57,831 bases of DNA from Candidatus Wolfebacteria bacterium RIFCSPLOWO2_01_FULL_47_17b (GTDB lineage Bacteria > Patescibacteriota > Minisyncoccia > UBA6257 > JAGOQP01): assembly GCA_001793865.1 (NCBI GenBank), contig MGIS01000023.1, positions 1 to 57,831 of the forward strand. Reading direction: 5' to 3'. Below the pieces are notes generated by a model. The model was not told the DNA's origin. It worked only from the letters and a program-made list of their open reading frames with translations, and did no database searches. Made by a program: the position numbers and the translations under genes. Numbering within the stretch: the first letter of the stretch is position 1; each line of letters starts with the position of its first letter. This document shows, piece by piece, positions 1 to 8,587 of this stretch.

Positions 1-677
1 AAATATCCCTCTTTCAATAAAAGAAGATTGGTGAGCACGCGACTAAGACGGCCATTGCCATCTTGAAATGGATGGATCTGCAAAAATTCAACAAGAAAAC
101 TGGCAACTATGAGGAGTGGATGATATTTTTTCTCCGCGATAACTTCTCCCGTCCATTCAACTAACTCTTGCATTTGTTTGGGAGACAGATATGCAGGCGT
201 GGTGTCAAAAAGTATTCCAATGGATTCACCAGCGGCATTTACCATTTGCACCTGATTTTCTCTTTTTTTGTATTCGCCGCGATGGTCTTCGTCCTTCTTT
301 ACATATTTCAGGAGCTCCTTATGGAAGTGCTTGATAGTGCTTTCATTGAATTTCAAACTTTTCCAGGAATTCAACATATTCTCAAGCAACTCATAATATC
401 CTTTGACTTCCTGCTTATCGCGATCAGTAAATTTTTGGATATCAATACCTCGCATGAGTTTTTCTACATCTTCATCAGAAAGCCTCGCCCCCTCGATACG
501 AGTTGATGCTCCGGTTGAAGTAATCAAAACAGATCGTTTGAGACGACCTAATACTTGGGGTGAGAGTTGCGCTCCGGCAATCCATTGGCCCTTTAACTCA
601 TCAATTTTTGCTATTTTTGACCAGATTTCGGCCGGTAAATGTTCTAGCCGACGGTCTAATTTGTTGTTATTTGCCAT
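1..677 (-). CDS. Fic/DOC-domain protein (partial, C-terminal part lies beyond window start)
   Basis: Not in ORF track (no stop in window). ATG = revcomp of cat 675-677; translation MANNNKLDRRLEHLPAEIWSKIAKIDELKG...; canonical Fic motif HPFQDGNGRLSR encoded at 39-74. Confidence 0.85.
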   Translation of the reverse strand, partial: MANNNKLDRRLEHLPAEIWSKIAKIDELKGQWIAGAQLSPQVLGRLKRSVLITSTGASTRIEGARLSDEDVEKLMRGIDIQKFTDRDKQEVKGYYELLENMLNSWKSLKFNESTIKHFHKELLKYVKKDEDHRGEYKKRENQVQMVNAAGESIGILFDTTPAYLSPKQMQELVEWTGEVIAEKKYHPLLIVASFLVEFLQIHPFQDGNGRLSRVLTNLLLLKEGY

Positions 678-794
678 GTATTTAATCCGATATATCAACT
701 ATAGCGAATTGTAACGAATAAATCAAGCCTATGTAATAAGGCCTAAAGACTAGAAATAGGCACTTTAGGGTTAAGGGAACTTTCGTGTCTCATC

Positions 795-823
795 TTGCTT
801 TTTTGCCTTTTTTCTCATATATT
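795..823 (+). promoter_or_regulatory. sigma70-like promoter TTGCTT-17-TATATT upstream of the tRNA-Asn unit
   Basis: ttgctt 795-800, 17-nt spacer, tatatt 818-823. No comparable promoter lies directly in front of the intact tRNA at 1034. Confidence 0.35.
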
Positions 824-860
824 CTAATGGTTAGTAATTAATAAAATTGCATAGAAATCT

Positions 861-1033
861 GCGCTCCCCGGTAGCGAAATGGGTTAAAGCAAACGATTTT
901 GCTTTAACGGGTACTATGAGGCAACGCCGAATCTAGTACGAATCTAGTACCCAGGAGGAGTAACGCACGAAGTGATAGTTGCGTGCATTGCCTCAATCGC
1001 CGCCGCGGTGGAAAAGTAGGTAAAAATACTTAT
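861..1033 (+). other. decayed tRNA-Asn 5' fragment plus ~150-nt hairpin-rich insert
   Basis: tccccggtagc (865-875) equals the first 11 nt of tRNA-Asn, with 16/20 identity through the D-loop. Hairpin 883-908; tandem gaatctagtac x2 (929-950); long-range pair tgaggcaa 917-924 / ttgcctca 988-995. Confidence 0.5.
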
Positions 1034-1105
1034 TCCCCGGTAGCTCAATGGTGGAGCAACTCCCTGTTAAGGAGATGGTTGTAGGTTCGAGTCCTACCCG
1101 GGGAG
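1034..1105 (+). tRNA. tRNA-Asn(GTT)
   Basis: Acceptor tccccgg/ccgggga, D-arm gctc..gagc, anticodon loop ctGTTaa, T-arm gtagg ttcgagt cctac, discriminator g. No encoded CCA. Confidence 0.9.
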
Positions 1106-1134
1106 CGCAGAAATGTTTATGCAATTACAAACCT

Positions 1135-1260
1135 ATGGCAAAACGAAGGACAGGGCTGGGAAAACCGAGAAAAACGCGTTCCCACAAAACAAAAAAGCGT
1201 CTTGAGATAAAACGCACAATGCTCGAGGAACGGGACGCGAAACGAAGGAAAAAAAGATAA
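1135..1260 (+). CDS. hypothetical very basic 41-aa peptide
   Basis: MAKRRTGLGKPRKTRSHKTKKRLEIKRTMLEERDAKRRKKR, followed at once by a perfect terminator. No clear SD. The longer track ORF from 1048 overlaps the tRNA and is rejected. Confidence 0.3.
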   Translation: MAKRRTGLGKPRKTRSHKTKKRLEIKRTMLEERDAKRRKKR

Positions 1261-1264
1261 TGTC

Positions 1265-1291
1265 AAAAATCCCCCTCCCGGGGGATTTTTT
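1265..1291. terminator. bidirectional intrinsic terminator
   Basis: aaaaatccccc tccc gggggattttt: 11-bp stem flanked by A- and T-runs, between convergent genes. Confidence 0.7.
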
Positions 1292-1295
1292 CTTT

Positions 1296-3176
1296 TTATT
1301 GCCGAATCCGTTTTTTGCTTTTGTATATGTACCAGCCGGTTCCGATAAGCACGAGCGCAAGGAACCACCACCAGATATTTCCTCCCTGGAACAGATCCAG
1401 GATAGTCGCGGTCTGCCGGCTGTTCTCTTCGCTTTCCTCCGGTGATTCCTGCGGCAATTCCTGCGGCGTGGGCGTAATGAGCGTTAATTCCTCGAACGAA
1501 GATGCCGCCGTCGGCGTCGGGTTTATTCCCGCACTCTGACTCTGCGCAACAAATAATACAGGGGAAGGCGTAAACAAGGCTGTTTGCGGTGTTTGGGATG
1601 GTTCGGGGCTTGGAGATGTCCGCGCTCTGCTCCCGCCGCTTGTCGTTCCTCGTCCCGAAGAATCGTCTTGCTCCGGAGATGGGGTTGGTGTGACGGCAGT
1701 AGAAGTAGACATTTCACCTCCCACTGTCTCGGGGGACGCGCTTGAAATGGCGCGGAAATAATACATGGTTCCTGACTCAAGGTCCGAGATCGCCACCGAG
1801 TGACTGATCACTTTCGGATCCACGTCTGCTTCGTCGGTTGAAAATGGATATCCGTAGTTCGGAGATTCGCCCAGTTCTGCGTCTGAAATTGAACTGGTTC
1901 CGTATACGACGCGGCTTGTCGCGGGCTTGTCGGTCGTCCACGTGAACGTAAATCCGCTATCGGTGATTTCCGTGGTTTCTTCATCTGAAATCTGAACCTG
2001 ATTTCCTTCCGATTCCGCGTACACACTGCACTCTCCAGCCATATTGCAGTATTCAAACGCAATCCACTCCACGGAGCGGGCGACGTTGGAAACTCGCACT
2101 TCATCCAGAATACCGTCTAGCGGATATTGGTTCACCGGGTCATCTTCGTCACTGCTTCTCCCGAGCGCAAGCTTTGCAGATCCTGTTGCTATAGAAAATA
2201 TTTCATCCTTTGCCGCGTCCTCCTCTCCATTTATGAATAGTTTTTGAGCACTGCCATCGTACGTCCCGATAAGCAGATACCATTCATTAAGAGGGATGAC
2301 GTTTGCGCCGGACACATAGGGATCCAATCTGCCGCCTCCGAATAAATAAAATTTGGATACTCCCTCATCATTATGATAGAGCTGGAAAATCCGCTTGCCG
2401 CCTAAGTTATCCCTCCACATAAGAACTGACGCGGGGGAGACAAACGATCGGGTCATGGCGAATGCTTCAACCGTTATCTGGGCGGGCGTGTCGAGTCCAT
2501 CGCTGTTTTCCATCTGCACGCGGTCGCTTTCTTCCTCTCCCCCGAAGCTAAGCGCGTTTCCGAGCGCTCCTTGCACCAGGTCCGTGCTTGTGAGTGTCGC
2601 GGATCCTGTGCCGTCCACATCGTTATCCGTGGAATCTTCTATTGTTTCCATTGGGTCCTGATTCAAATGCCACACGCCAAGGTAATGCTCATCCCAGACA
2701 TCTGCGGGACTTTGATCATCTTCGGCATCGGGATTTCCGTAATACATCCAGATGTGGTCGGCATCGGAGTTCTTGTCTATCTGCGGAACCTTGACCCAGG
2801 TGGTTGAGATTCCCGTTTCGTCCCACAGTTCTATTTCGTAGGGCAATTGGGTCGCATTATCCGAATCAAGAAAACGAATGTCCTGGCCCTGATCCTGCGT
2901 GTCGTCGTATGAGATAAGTAAGCCGGTAAGCTGGACGAGTGCGGGAAAATTAATGAGATTTTCGTTTTGTGCCGTTTCGGTCGTATCAAAAGTGATCTTG
3001 ATGCGATGAGAAAAGGCATCATTCCACCAGGCGTTTGAGATGACCTCCTCGGTGTCAGCGGATTCGTGTACATTCGCTTGTGCGTAGTGCGGAAGCATAA
3101 AAAACGAGAAGGCTAGCGCAAACACAAGCAGAAGCGTTCCGACTTTTACGACAGCCGATGATGTTGTTTTTTTCAT
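1296..3176 (-). CDS. surface protein: signal/TM, DUF2341-like + LamG (concanavalin-like) module, FN3-like domain, P/S/T linker, C-terminal TM anchor
   Basis: 626 aa. N-terminal hydrophobic segment. WWNDAFSHRIKITFD...DIRFLDSDNATQLPYEIE...HIWMYYGN is DUF2341-type. FN3-like TFTWTTDKPATSRVVYG...MYYFRAIS. C-terminus ILDLFQGGNIWWWFLALVLIGTGWYIYKSKKRIRQ. Confidence 0.85.
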   Translation of the reverse strand: MKKTTSSAVVKVGTLLLVFALAFSFFMLPHYAQANVHESADTEEVISNAWWNDAFSHRIKITFDTTETAQNENLINFPALVQLTGLLISYDDTQDQGQDIRFLDSDNATQLPYEIELWDETGISTTWVKVPQIDKNSDADHIWMYYGNPDAEDDQSPADVWDEHYLGVWHLNQDPMETIEDSTDNDVDGTGSATLTSTDLVQGALGNALSFGGEEESDRVQMENSDGLDTPAQITVEAFAMTRSFVSPASVLMWRDNLGGKRIFQLYHNDEGVSKFYLFGGGRLDPYVSGANVIPLNEWYLLIGTYDGSAQKLFINGEEDAAKDEIFSIATGSAKLALGRSSDEDDPVNQYPLDGILDEVRVSNVARSVEWIAFEYCNMAGECSVYAESEGNQVQISDEETTEITDSGFTFTWTTDKPATSRVVYGTSSISDAELGESPNYGYPFSTDEADVDPKVISHSVAISDLESGTMYYFRAISSASPETVGGEMSTSTAVTPTPSPEQDDSSGRGTTSGGSRARTSPSPEPSQTPQTALFTPSPVLFVAQSQSAGINPTPTAASSFEELTLITPTPQELPQESPEESEENSRQTATILDLFQGGNIWWWFLALVLIGTGWYIYKSKKRIRQ

Positions 3177-3184
3177 AGGCCTTT

Positions 3185-3880
3185 TTATCTATTTTTTTTG
3201 GTGGTGTATGCGTACCACCCGAATATGACAAGAATAAGTATAAACAGCCACATCCATATATCCCCTCCTTCAAACACCGATAGTATATTCGCGGCAAGCG
3301 ATTCTTCCTGCGCGTTTTCTTCTAATATGGGTTCTACGGATGTCAGGACTCTAATCCCGTTTTCGGCAAGGGGGCTTGCAGAAGCGGTCGGCTCAGGCGC
3401 CGCAACAACGGGTTCATTTATAGTGATGATTTCATAGTCCCCGCCCCTGGATGCCACCTGCACCGCCGCGCCTTCTCCCAGCACTTCCACTTCCGAAAGA
3501 TTTAAGGAAGCGGTTCCCCCGTTTCCGGCTCTAAGCGACAAGGTAAACAATGTTATGTCCGAATTTTGCGCCGCACAACCGGGGATGCCTATCAAGAAAT
3601 CCGGATCCGCGCATGTCGGCGCCGACTGCGGCACCAGCCCGTCCGATATTGTTATGCTTTGGCATGTGAGATTGGCAAACGTAACCCTTCCTTCAACCGC
3701 GCACACCTTGTTTTCCGATGTGGAAAGCTCAACCGAACCGCGCAGTAAAATGCCCGGCGTCAGCTGGGTTGCCGGCGGGAACACGTATAACAAGCTTTCG
3801 GCAAATGCCGCTCCGGTACTGCCCATGCCTGCGAAAGCCATTATTATTGCCACGCCGATTTTTATTTTCATGCTTTTCAT
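3185..3880 (-). CDS. secreted, C-terminally membrane-anchored cohesin-like beta-sandwich protein
   Basis: 231 aa. Signal peptide MKSMKIKIGVAIIMAFAGMGSTGAAFA, about 130-aa beta-rich domain, linker, C-terminus ILSVFEGGDIWMWLFILILVIFGWYAYTTKKNR. The cohesin assignment is from pattern memory only. Confidence 0.5.
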   Translation of the reverse strand: MKSMKIKIGVAIIMAFAGMGSTGAAFAESLLYVFPPATQLTPGILLRGSVELSTSENKVCAVEGRVTFANLTCQSITISDGLVPQSAPTCADPDFLIGIPGCAAQNSDITLFTLSLRAGNGGTASLNLSEVEVLGEGAAVQVASRGGDYEIITINEPVVAAPEPTASASPLAENGIRVLTSVEPILEENAQEESLAANILSVFEGGDIWMWLFILILVIFGWYAYTTKKNR

Positions 3881-3895
3881 GGTGATTTGTGTTAG

Positions 3896-6800
3896 TTAAT
3901 TCTGTGCCCAGTACGACATAAACAAGGCGAAATCGTATTTATCTACTGTCAGGTCATTATTGATGTCCGAGCCGTTCGATCCGGCCGATCCCCACTGCGC
4001 CATAAGCAGGGCAAAGTCATATTTATCCACGGTGCCATCCTTATTTAGGTCGCCAGGAAGAGCAGTGATTGCGTTACTGCCGCCTCCGATGCTACCTCCA
4101 CCTCCACCGGTAGATTGGGATGGTCCAGTATCGGCTACAACGGCGAAAGTCCGGGATACACTTTCCGCATTTTTATAATCGTCGTCGCCCTCTTGGCTGG
4201 CGATAATCGTACATGCGCCTGCTCCCAGAATGTGGACGATGGAGGATCCACCTTCCCCGACAAGCTCGCAGATGCTTCCGTCTCCCACCGAATATACCAC
4301 CGGAAGTCCGGAGCTGGCATCTGCGTGCAACTCAAAATCGGGGTCGCCATATACTCTATCCTCCAATGGATTGAAATCAACGGTTTGATCCGCCTTGGTG
4401 ATAGTGAATATCGATCCGATAAAATCAATGTCATAATTAAGGTTGTCAAGCGTACCCTGCGTGATATCGTATGCACCCGCGTGCTCACCCGTTTCTCGAA
4501 CCAAAGAACCGAATAGTACATCATCCCCCATCAGCCCTCCTTCGCTTGTTATGCTGTATGAAAGTTCCGGATCAGGCGACTCTCCATACATTTTGCTTTT
4601 CTCGTCTGCTGTCACGGTGATTTCTGCCTTGTTAACGTAAAGTGTGGCGGTATTGGACCCGGCATAATTTACATCGGTAATCAACGCTGATACTTTATAT
4701 TCTCCGACGTTAACGGGAGGCGTTGTCAAGCCGTCGTAGAGAATTACAAACTCTAAGCCCTCGGGATTGGTTGCCGCAGAAACTGTGTGTTCGTTGCCGT
4801 CATACGTTGCGTGCAATTCTCCTTGGAGAGCGATGGCGGCAGCTTGGGGCGAAATATTTGCAGTGGTGCTTGTCGGCGGAACCAGAAGATTATAATTGTT
4901 TGCATCCGCGCCGGCAATGGAAATATCGGGCACATTAACGTTCTTATTGGCCCCAACTTCAGGATCGCCAAACGATGGGCTACCGGAAATAACATCAACA
5001 TCATCCCCCGCGAGTATGTCCTCGCTCCCCAATAACACCGTTGCGCTCGTGGTGCCGTCATATATCTTATTCCCTCCGGTAACCGTAACCCCAAGATTTT
5101 TTGGTGAGATAACAATATTCTCGTTTCCACTCGCGTTATGATAATTGCCGGTTATATCTATAAACGTCCAGTGGGCGGTGCCGCCGGGAACATCGGTAAA
5201 AGAATCTCCGGGATCAAATCCCGCCAATGATTCTTCCGCTATGCCCGTCGCTGCGCCCGTGGTGCCGTGCGGTGTTCCATCATAGACGCCGTTATAACCT
5301 TCAACCGCGATAGTTGCGCCGGCTTTATCTATAACATTGGAAATGACGCCATCATCATCGCTGTAGTTTGCCCCGCCCATAAATCTCCACGTATCGGAAT
5401 ACGTGCCGGCATTAGTGTGCGTGGTTCCGGAAAGATCGAGGTCTGCGCTTAAATCTTCGCCAAACGCCCCGTGGACGGTTCCCGCGGCCGTATGAGAACT
5501 TCCGTCATACACCAACGAGTAAGGGTTAATGGCAATATCGGCATCCGCTTTTTTAATCTCAAAACTGCCGACTGGTGCGTCATCAAGACTGTTGTAATTC
5601 GCCAAATCGTCTGGAATAAAATCAGCCGTAATAGCGTATACCCCCGCATCGGTCGGAATGGTCAAAGAGCCGCTGTATGTAACGTCACTGACGGTACCGG
5701 GGGTGGAACTTATTACTTCTGCGGACTGCGGAGAACCGTTATATGTTTTGTATTCGTTTTCCAGAGATAACACCGGATCGGCGGGAACCGATTCGCTGGG
5801 ATTATTCTCCGGAGCCTCATAACTTTGACATTCCCCCGCCATATTGCAGTACTCAAACGCGATCCATTCCGCAGAGCGGGCGATGTTTGAGATTCGAGAT
5901 TCATCAAGCGCCGCATTGGCATAGAACCCTCCGTTATTCTCATCGCTTGCCGCTCCAAGCGCAAGACGAACATTTCCGGTCTGTATGGCGAATGATTCAA
6001 CAACTTCATTCTGATCCTTCGATCCGTTTATATAAAACTTCATCGCATCCCCATCATACACGGCGGCAATCTGGTACCACGAGCCGAGGGATATTTCTTC
6101 ATCGCTTACAAGGATATGATCGATATCGCCCGCGTCCCGCAGATACCATCTTATATTTCCACCGCCGCCAAACCCCTGATACAATTGAAATATCCGTTTC
6201 GATCCGACAGCGGTATTGTCCCGCCACATAAAGACAGACGCATCATCCGGCCAATTTTGCAGGCGTACCCATGTCTCCAGCGTAATCTGATGGGAAGCGT
6301 CCAGAGCGGATGTATTTTGGGTCTGGAGCACATCATCAACACCATCAAAATCAATTGATCCGCCAAGAACACCATCTATCTGCTGACCGCTCGCCATAGC
6401 GCCGCCAGACAGAGCGTCCATCCCGTTATCGGTAGAATCTTCCATGGTAGCGCTAGGATCCTGGCTCATGTGCCACACGCCAAGGTAATTTTCGTTCCAT
6501 ACCGCTGCTGGCTGTTGCGCATCGGCCGCATCAGAGTTTCCATAATACATCCAGATATGGTCGGCGGTGGAATTGTGGTCTATCTGAGGAGCCTTGATCC
6601 AAGCAAGCGTCTCGGTATTCGTTTGCGTTTCGATTTCATATGGAAGGAGGGTTTGGTTATCGGAGTCAAGAAAACGAATATCCGATCCAAATTCACCCGA
6701 AGCGCGCACAAAATAGGGAAAATTAACAAGATCCTCAGTTGGTGCTGTTTGGGTTGTATCAAAAACGATTTTAACGCGGTTTTGCCACGATTCGTTCCAC

Positions 6801-8044
6801 CATTCGTCTGAATCGGGATTTGGGGACGGAGATGATGTGGGAGTTGGGGTTGGAGGCGCCTGCGGGGTTGGAGATGGCTCCGGAGACGGGCTGGGATTGC
6901 CTTCGGAGAGAAAATCAACTATTGCGTCCGCGATTCGAGTATGGGCATTGGAATCCGGGTGCACATCGCTTCCGCTGTATGCCGAATCGAACGTAACGCC
7001 TCCTGATATATTTTCAATATCCAGATATTCCCATGGATCTCCCGTCACGGCTGCGATGTTTTCTTGAATTTTTTCGTTGTATGGCCGTGCTGTCTCCGTA
7101 TCCAATTCCCCATTCGTTAAGCGAGGAGGAATGCTTATGCGAACGAGTCGAGCATCGGGGAATATGTCCCGTATGCTTTGTGCCATGTGCAGATCCGCCG
7201 CGGCAAATTCTTCAAGCGATTCTCCCGATTCGCCCACGTCGTTTGTCCCGTACATAACCAAAACCACATCCGGCTGTGGTGAAACGGAAGCGAGCGCCGC
7301 CAACCGCTCGTCGGAACTGCCTGGATAAACCCACACCTCCGCCACGTGCGAACCTCCAACACCTTGGTTTGAAACTGCGTAGCCAAGTTGTCTTGCCGCC
7401 TTGTGCGGAAAACCAAGCGTTATGTCATCAAAATGGCAACAGGTGATGCTGTCGCCGTATGCGAGCAATAACGGGCGGGACGCTATCGGAGAAGACGCAT
7501 CCAGTTCTCCGTTTTCCACGCGCAACTTAGCAATCTCCCACGTGCTGTTTTCGTCGTCTTTCCAGTCCACGACTTTTATGACAATTTCATGCGGCTCCGC
7601 GGATATGCCGTTTGCAACCTCCACCCATCCATATCCTCCGCCGCTTGGCGCGGTTACGACGGATCCATCTTCTCCATCAATGGTCGCCACAAACGCCGCC
7701 CCGTTCAACAGTACTTCCATTGAGATCGTTCCGCCGCCTGCGTATGTGAAATATCCTCGGACTGACTGCTCTATGTTTTTCGTGCCGGTGGGGAGTCCGT
7801 TCGCTTTCATTGCCGTAGACGTGCCGTACGGAATTTCTTCCCAGTTGTTGGCAGGACCTTCAAAACTGATATATGGCTCTACGCCGGGATCCGTTACGCT
7901 GTATTCAAACACCGCTTCCGCCGCCTTAATGTTATGTGAGATATTTTCGTCCGCATGCCCAAACCACACGTATATTCCCGCGAACAAAAGGACACACACG
8001 GGTATGAGGTAGTAATATTCTCTTTTTTTCATTCTGCTTCGCAT
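3896..8044 (-). CDS. 1382-aa multidomain surface protein: CBM-like + SGNH/GDSL hydrolase + DUF2341-LamG + YDG-type Ig-like (MBG-like) repeats + Big-like + C-terminal dockerin
   Basis: N-terminal signal anchor. GDSL blocks YGDSIT / GVGGS / YGTNDV / DVHPD. P/T/S linker. WWNESWQNRVKIVFD...DIRFLDSDNQTLLPYEIE. Repeated YDG(S/T)..H/T motifs. Alternative start MKK at 8032. Confidence 0.9.
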   Translation of the reverse strand: MRSRMKKREYYYLIPVCVLLFAGIYVWFGHADENISHNIKAAEAVFEYSVTDPGVEPYISFEGPANNWEEIPYGTSTAMKANGLPTGTKNIEQSVRGYFTYAGGGTISMEVLLNGAAFVATIDGEDGSVVTAPSGGGYGWVEVANGISAEPHEIVIKVVDWKDDENSTWEIAKLRVENGELDASSPIASRPLLLAYGDSITCCHFDDITLGFPHKAARQLGYAVSNQGVGGSHVAEVWVYPGSSDERLAALASVSPQPDVVLVMYGTNDVGESGESLEEFAAADLHMAQSIRDIFPDARLVRISIPPRLTNGELDTETARPYNEKIQENIAAVTGDPWEYLDIENISGGVTFDSAYSGSDVHPDSNAHTRIADAIVDFLSEGNPSPSPEPSPTPQAPPTPTPTSSPSPNPDSDEWWNESWQNRVKIVFDTTQTAPTEDLVNFPYFVRASGEFGSDIRFLDSDNQTLLPYEIETQTNTETLAWIKAPQIDHNSTADHIWMYYGNSDAADAQQPAAVWNENYLGVWHMSQDPSATMEDSTDNGMDALSGGAMASGQQIDGVLGGSIDFDGVDDVLQTQNTSALDASHQITLETWVRLQNWPDDASVFMWRDNTAVGSKRIFQLYQGFGGGGNIRWYLRDAGDIDHILVSDEEISLGSWYQIAAVYDGDAMKFYINGSKDQNEVVESFAIQTGNVRLALGAASDENNGGFYANAALDESRISNIARSAEWIAFEYCNMAGECQSYEAPENNPSESVPADPVLSLENEYKTYNGSPQSAEVISSTPGTVSDVTYSGSLTIPTDAGVYAITADFIPDDLANYNSLDDAPVGSFEIKKADADIAINPYSLVYDGSSHTAAGTVHGAFGEDLSADLDLSGTTHTNAGTYSDTWRFMGGANYSDDDGVISNVIDKAGATIAVEGYNGVYDGTPHGTTGAATGIAEESLAGFDPGDSFTDVPGGTAHWTFIDITGNYHNASGNENIVISPKNLGVTVTGGNKIYDGTTSATVLLGSEDILAGDDVDVISGSPSFGDPEVGANKNVNVPDISIAGADANNYNLLVPPTSTTANISPQAAAIALQGELHATYDGNEHTVSAATNPEGLEFVILYDGLTTPPVNVGEYKVSALITDVNYAGSNTATLYVNKAEITVTADEKSKMYGESPDPELSYSITSEGGLMGDDVLFGSLVRETGEHAGAYDITQGTLDNLNYDIDFIGSIFTITKADQTVDFNPLEDRVYGDPDFELHADASSGLPVVYSVGDGSICELVGEGGSSIVHILGAGACTIIASQEGDDDYKNAESVSRTFAVVADTGPSQSTGGGGGSIGGGSNAITALPGDLNKDGTVDKYDFALLMAQWGSAGSNGSDINNDLTVDKYDFALFMSYWAQN
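3899..4063 (-). other. type-I-like dockerin module (C-terminus of the 1382-aa protein)
   Basis: Duplicated Ca-binding segments GDLNKDGTVDKYDFALLMAQWG and SDINNDLTVDKYDFALFMSYW. Confidence 0.7.
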
Positions 8045-8073
8045 AGCATAAAGACAGCACTCTTAAAAGGCGC

Positions 8074-8102
8074 AATGTAGCACACAATGCTAATTTCGTC
8101 AA
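8074..8102 (-). promoter_or_regulatory. promoter TTGACG-17-TACATT for the surface-protein operon
   Basis: Minus strand: ttgacg (8097-8102), 17-nt spacer, tacatt (8074-8079), about 30 nt upstream of ATG 8044. Confidence 0.55.
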
Positions 8103-8105
8103 TCC

Positions 8106-8558
8106 CTATTCCGATTTCGGGCTTTTCTTTCTGTTTATCTTCTTGATGGGCACGGACGTAAGGTGTTTTTTGATCTCCGTCACATCTTTCTGGATTTGAG
8201 CGATTTCTTCAAATATATGCTGTAACCGCCGTTCCTCCATTTCCAAATCCGCTTCGGTCTGCTGGTCGATACGCTTTTCCTCTTTGATGCCCGAGATGAG
8301 GATCTCTTCCCCCACGAAGAATGAGATGAATGTGCCGGTCAGAAGCATCAGCACCACCGATACGATGAGCGATTCCCATGAGGTCATGCCGTAATCATCG
8401 GCAAGATGCCACACGCCGCGCCAAAAAAGCACGATCGCGATGCCCGCTATGAACGCGTACACCACGGGGCGGCGGCTGAGTGAATGTCGCACCTTGTCTT
8501 CAAGCTTGTCAAAGAATTTGACTATGAACTTCATGGAAAAAAGTATAACATATACCAA
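8106..8558 (-). CDS. hypothetical membrane protein with C-terminal coiled coil
   Basis: 150 aa, two predicted TM segments, E/K-rich tail. Alternative start MKFIVKFF at 8534. Confidence 0.7.
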   Translation of the reverse strand: MVYVILFSMKFIVKFFDKLEDKVRHSLSRRPVVYAFIAGIAIVLFWRGVWHLADDYGMTSWESLIVSVVLMLLTGTFISFFVGEEILISGIKEEKRIDQQTEADLEMEERRLQHIFEEIAQIQKDVTEIKKHLTSVPIKKINRKKSPKSE

Positions 8559-8583
8559 AAAGCCCCGATAGTCGGGGCTTTTG
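8557..8583. terminator. intrinsic terminator hairpin
   Basis: aaaa agccccga tag tcggggct tttt, immediately downstream of the 8588..9076 gene. Confidence 0.65.
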
Positions 8584-8587
8584 TGTC

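Noticed and set aside
861-1108. tmRNA hypothesis for the region, based on pairing of the 5' gcgctccccgg with the 3' ccggggagcgc
   Set aside because: A complete, normally folded tRNA-Asn with a GTT anticodon occupies the 3' part. I found no tag reading frame and no tmRNA pseudoknot pattern. A partial duplication of the tRNA 5' end explains the complementarity.
1048-1260. 70-aa ORF starting inside tRNA-Asn
   Set aside because: The first 19 codons are the tRNA itself. Only the internal ATG at 1135 could give an independent peptide, and it is reported at low confidence.
8021-8030. A7 tract at the 5' end of the 1382-aa gene as a phase-variation switch
   Set aside because: The tract is only 7 nt, simply encodes Lys-Lys, and is too short to argue for slipped-strand regulation without population data.
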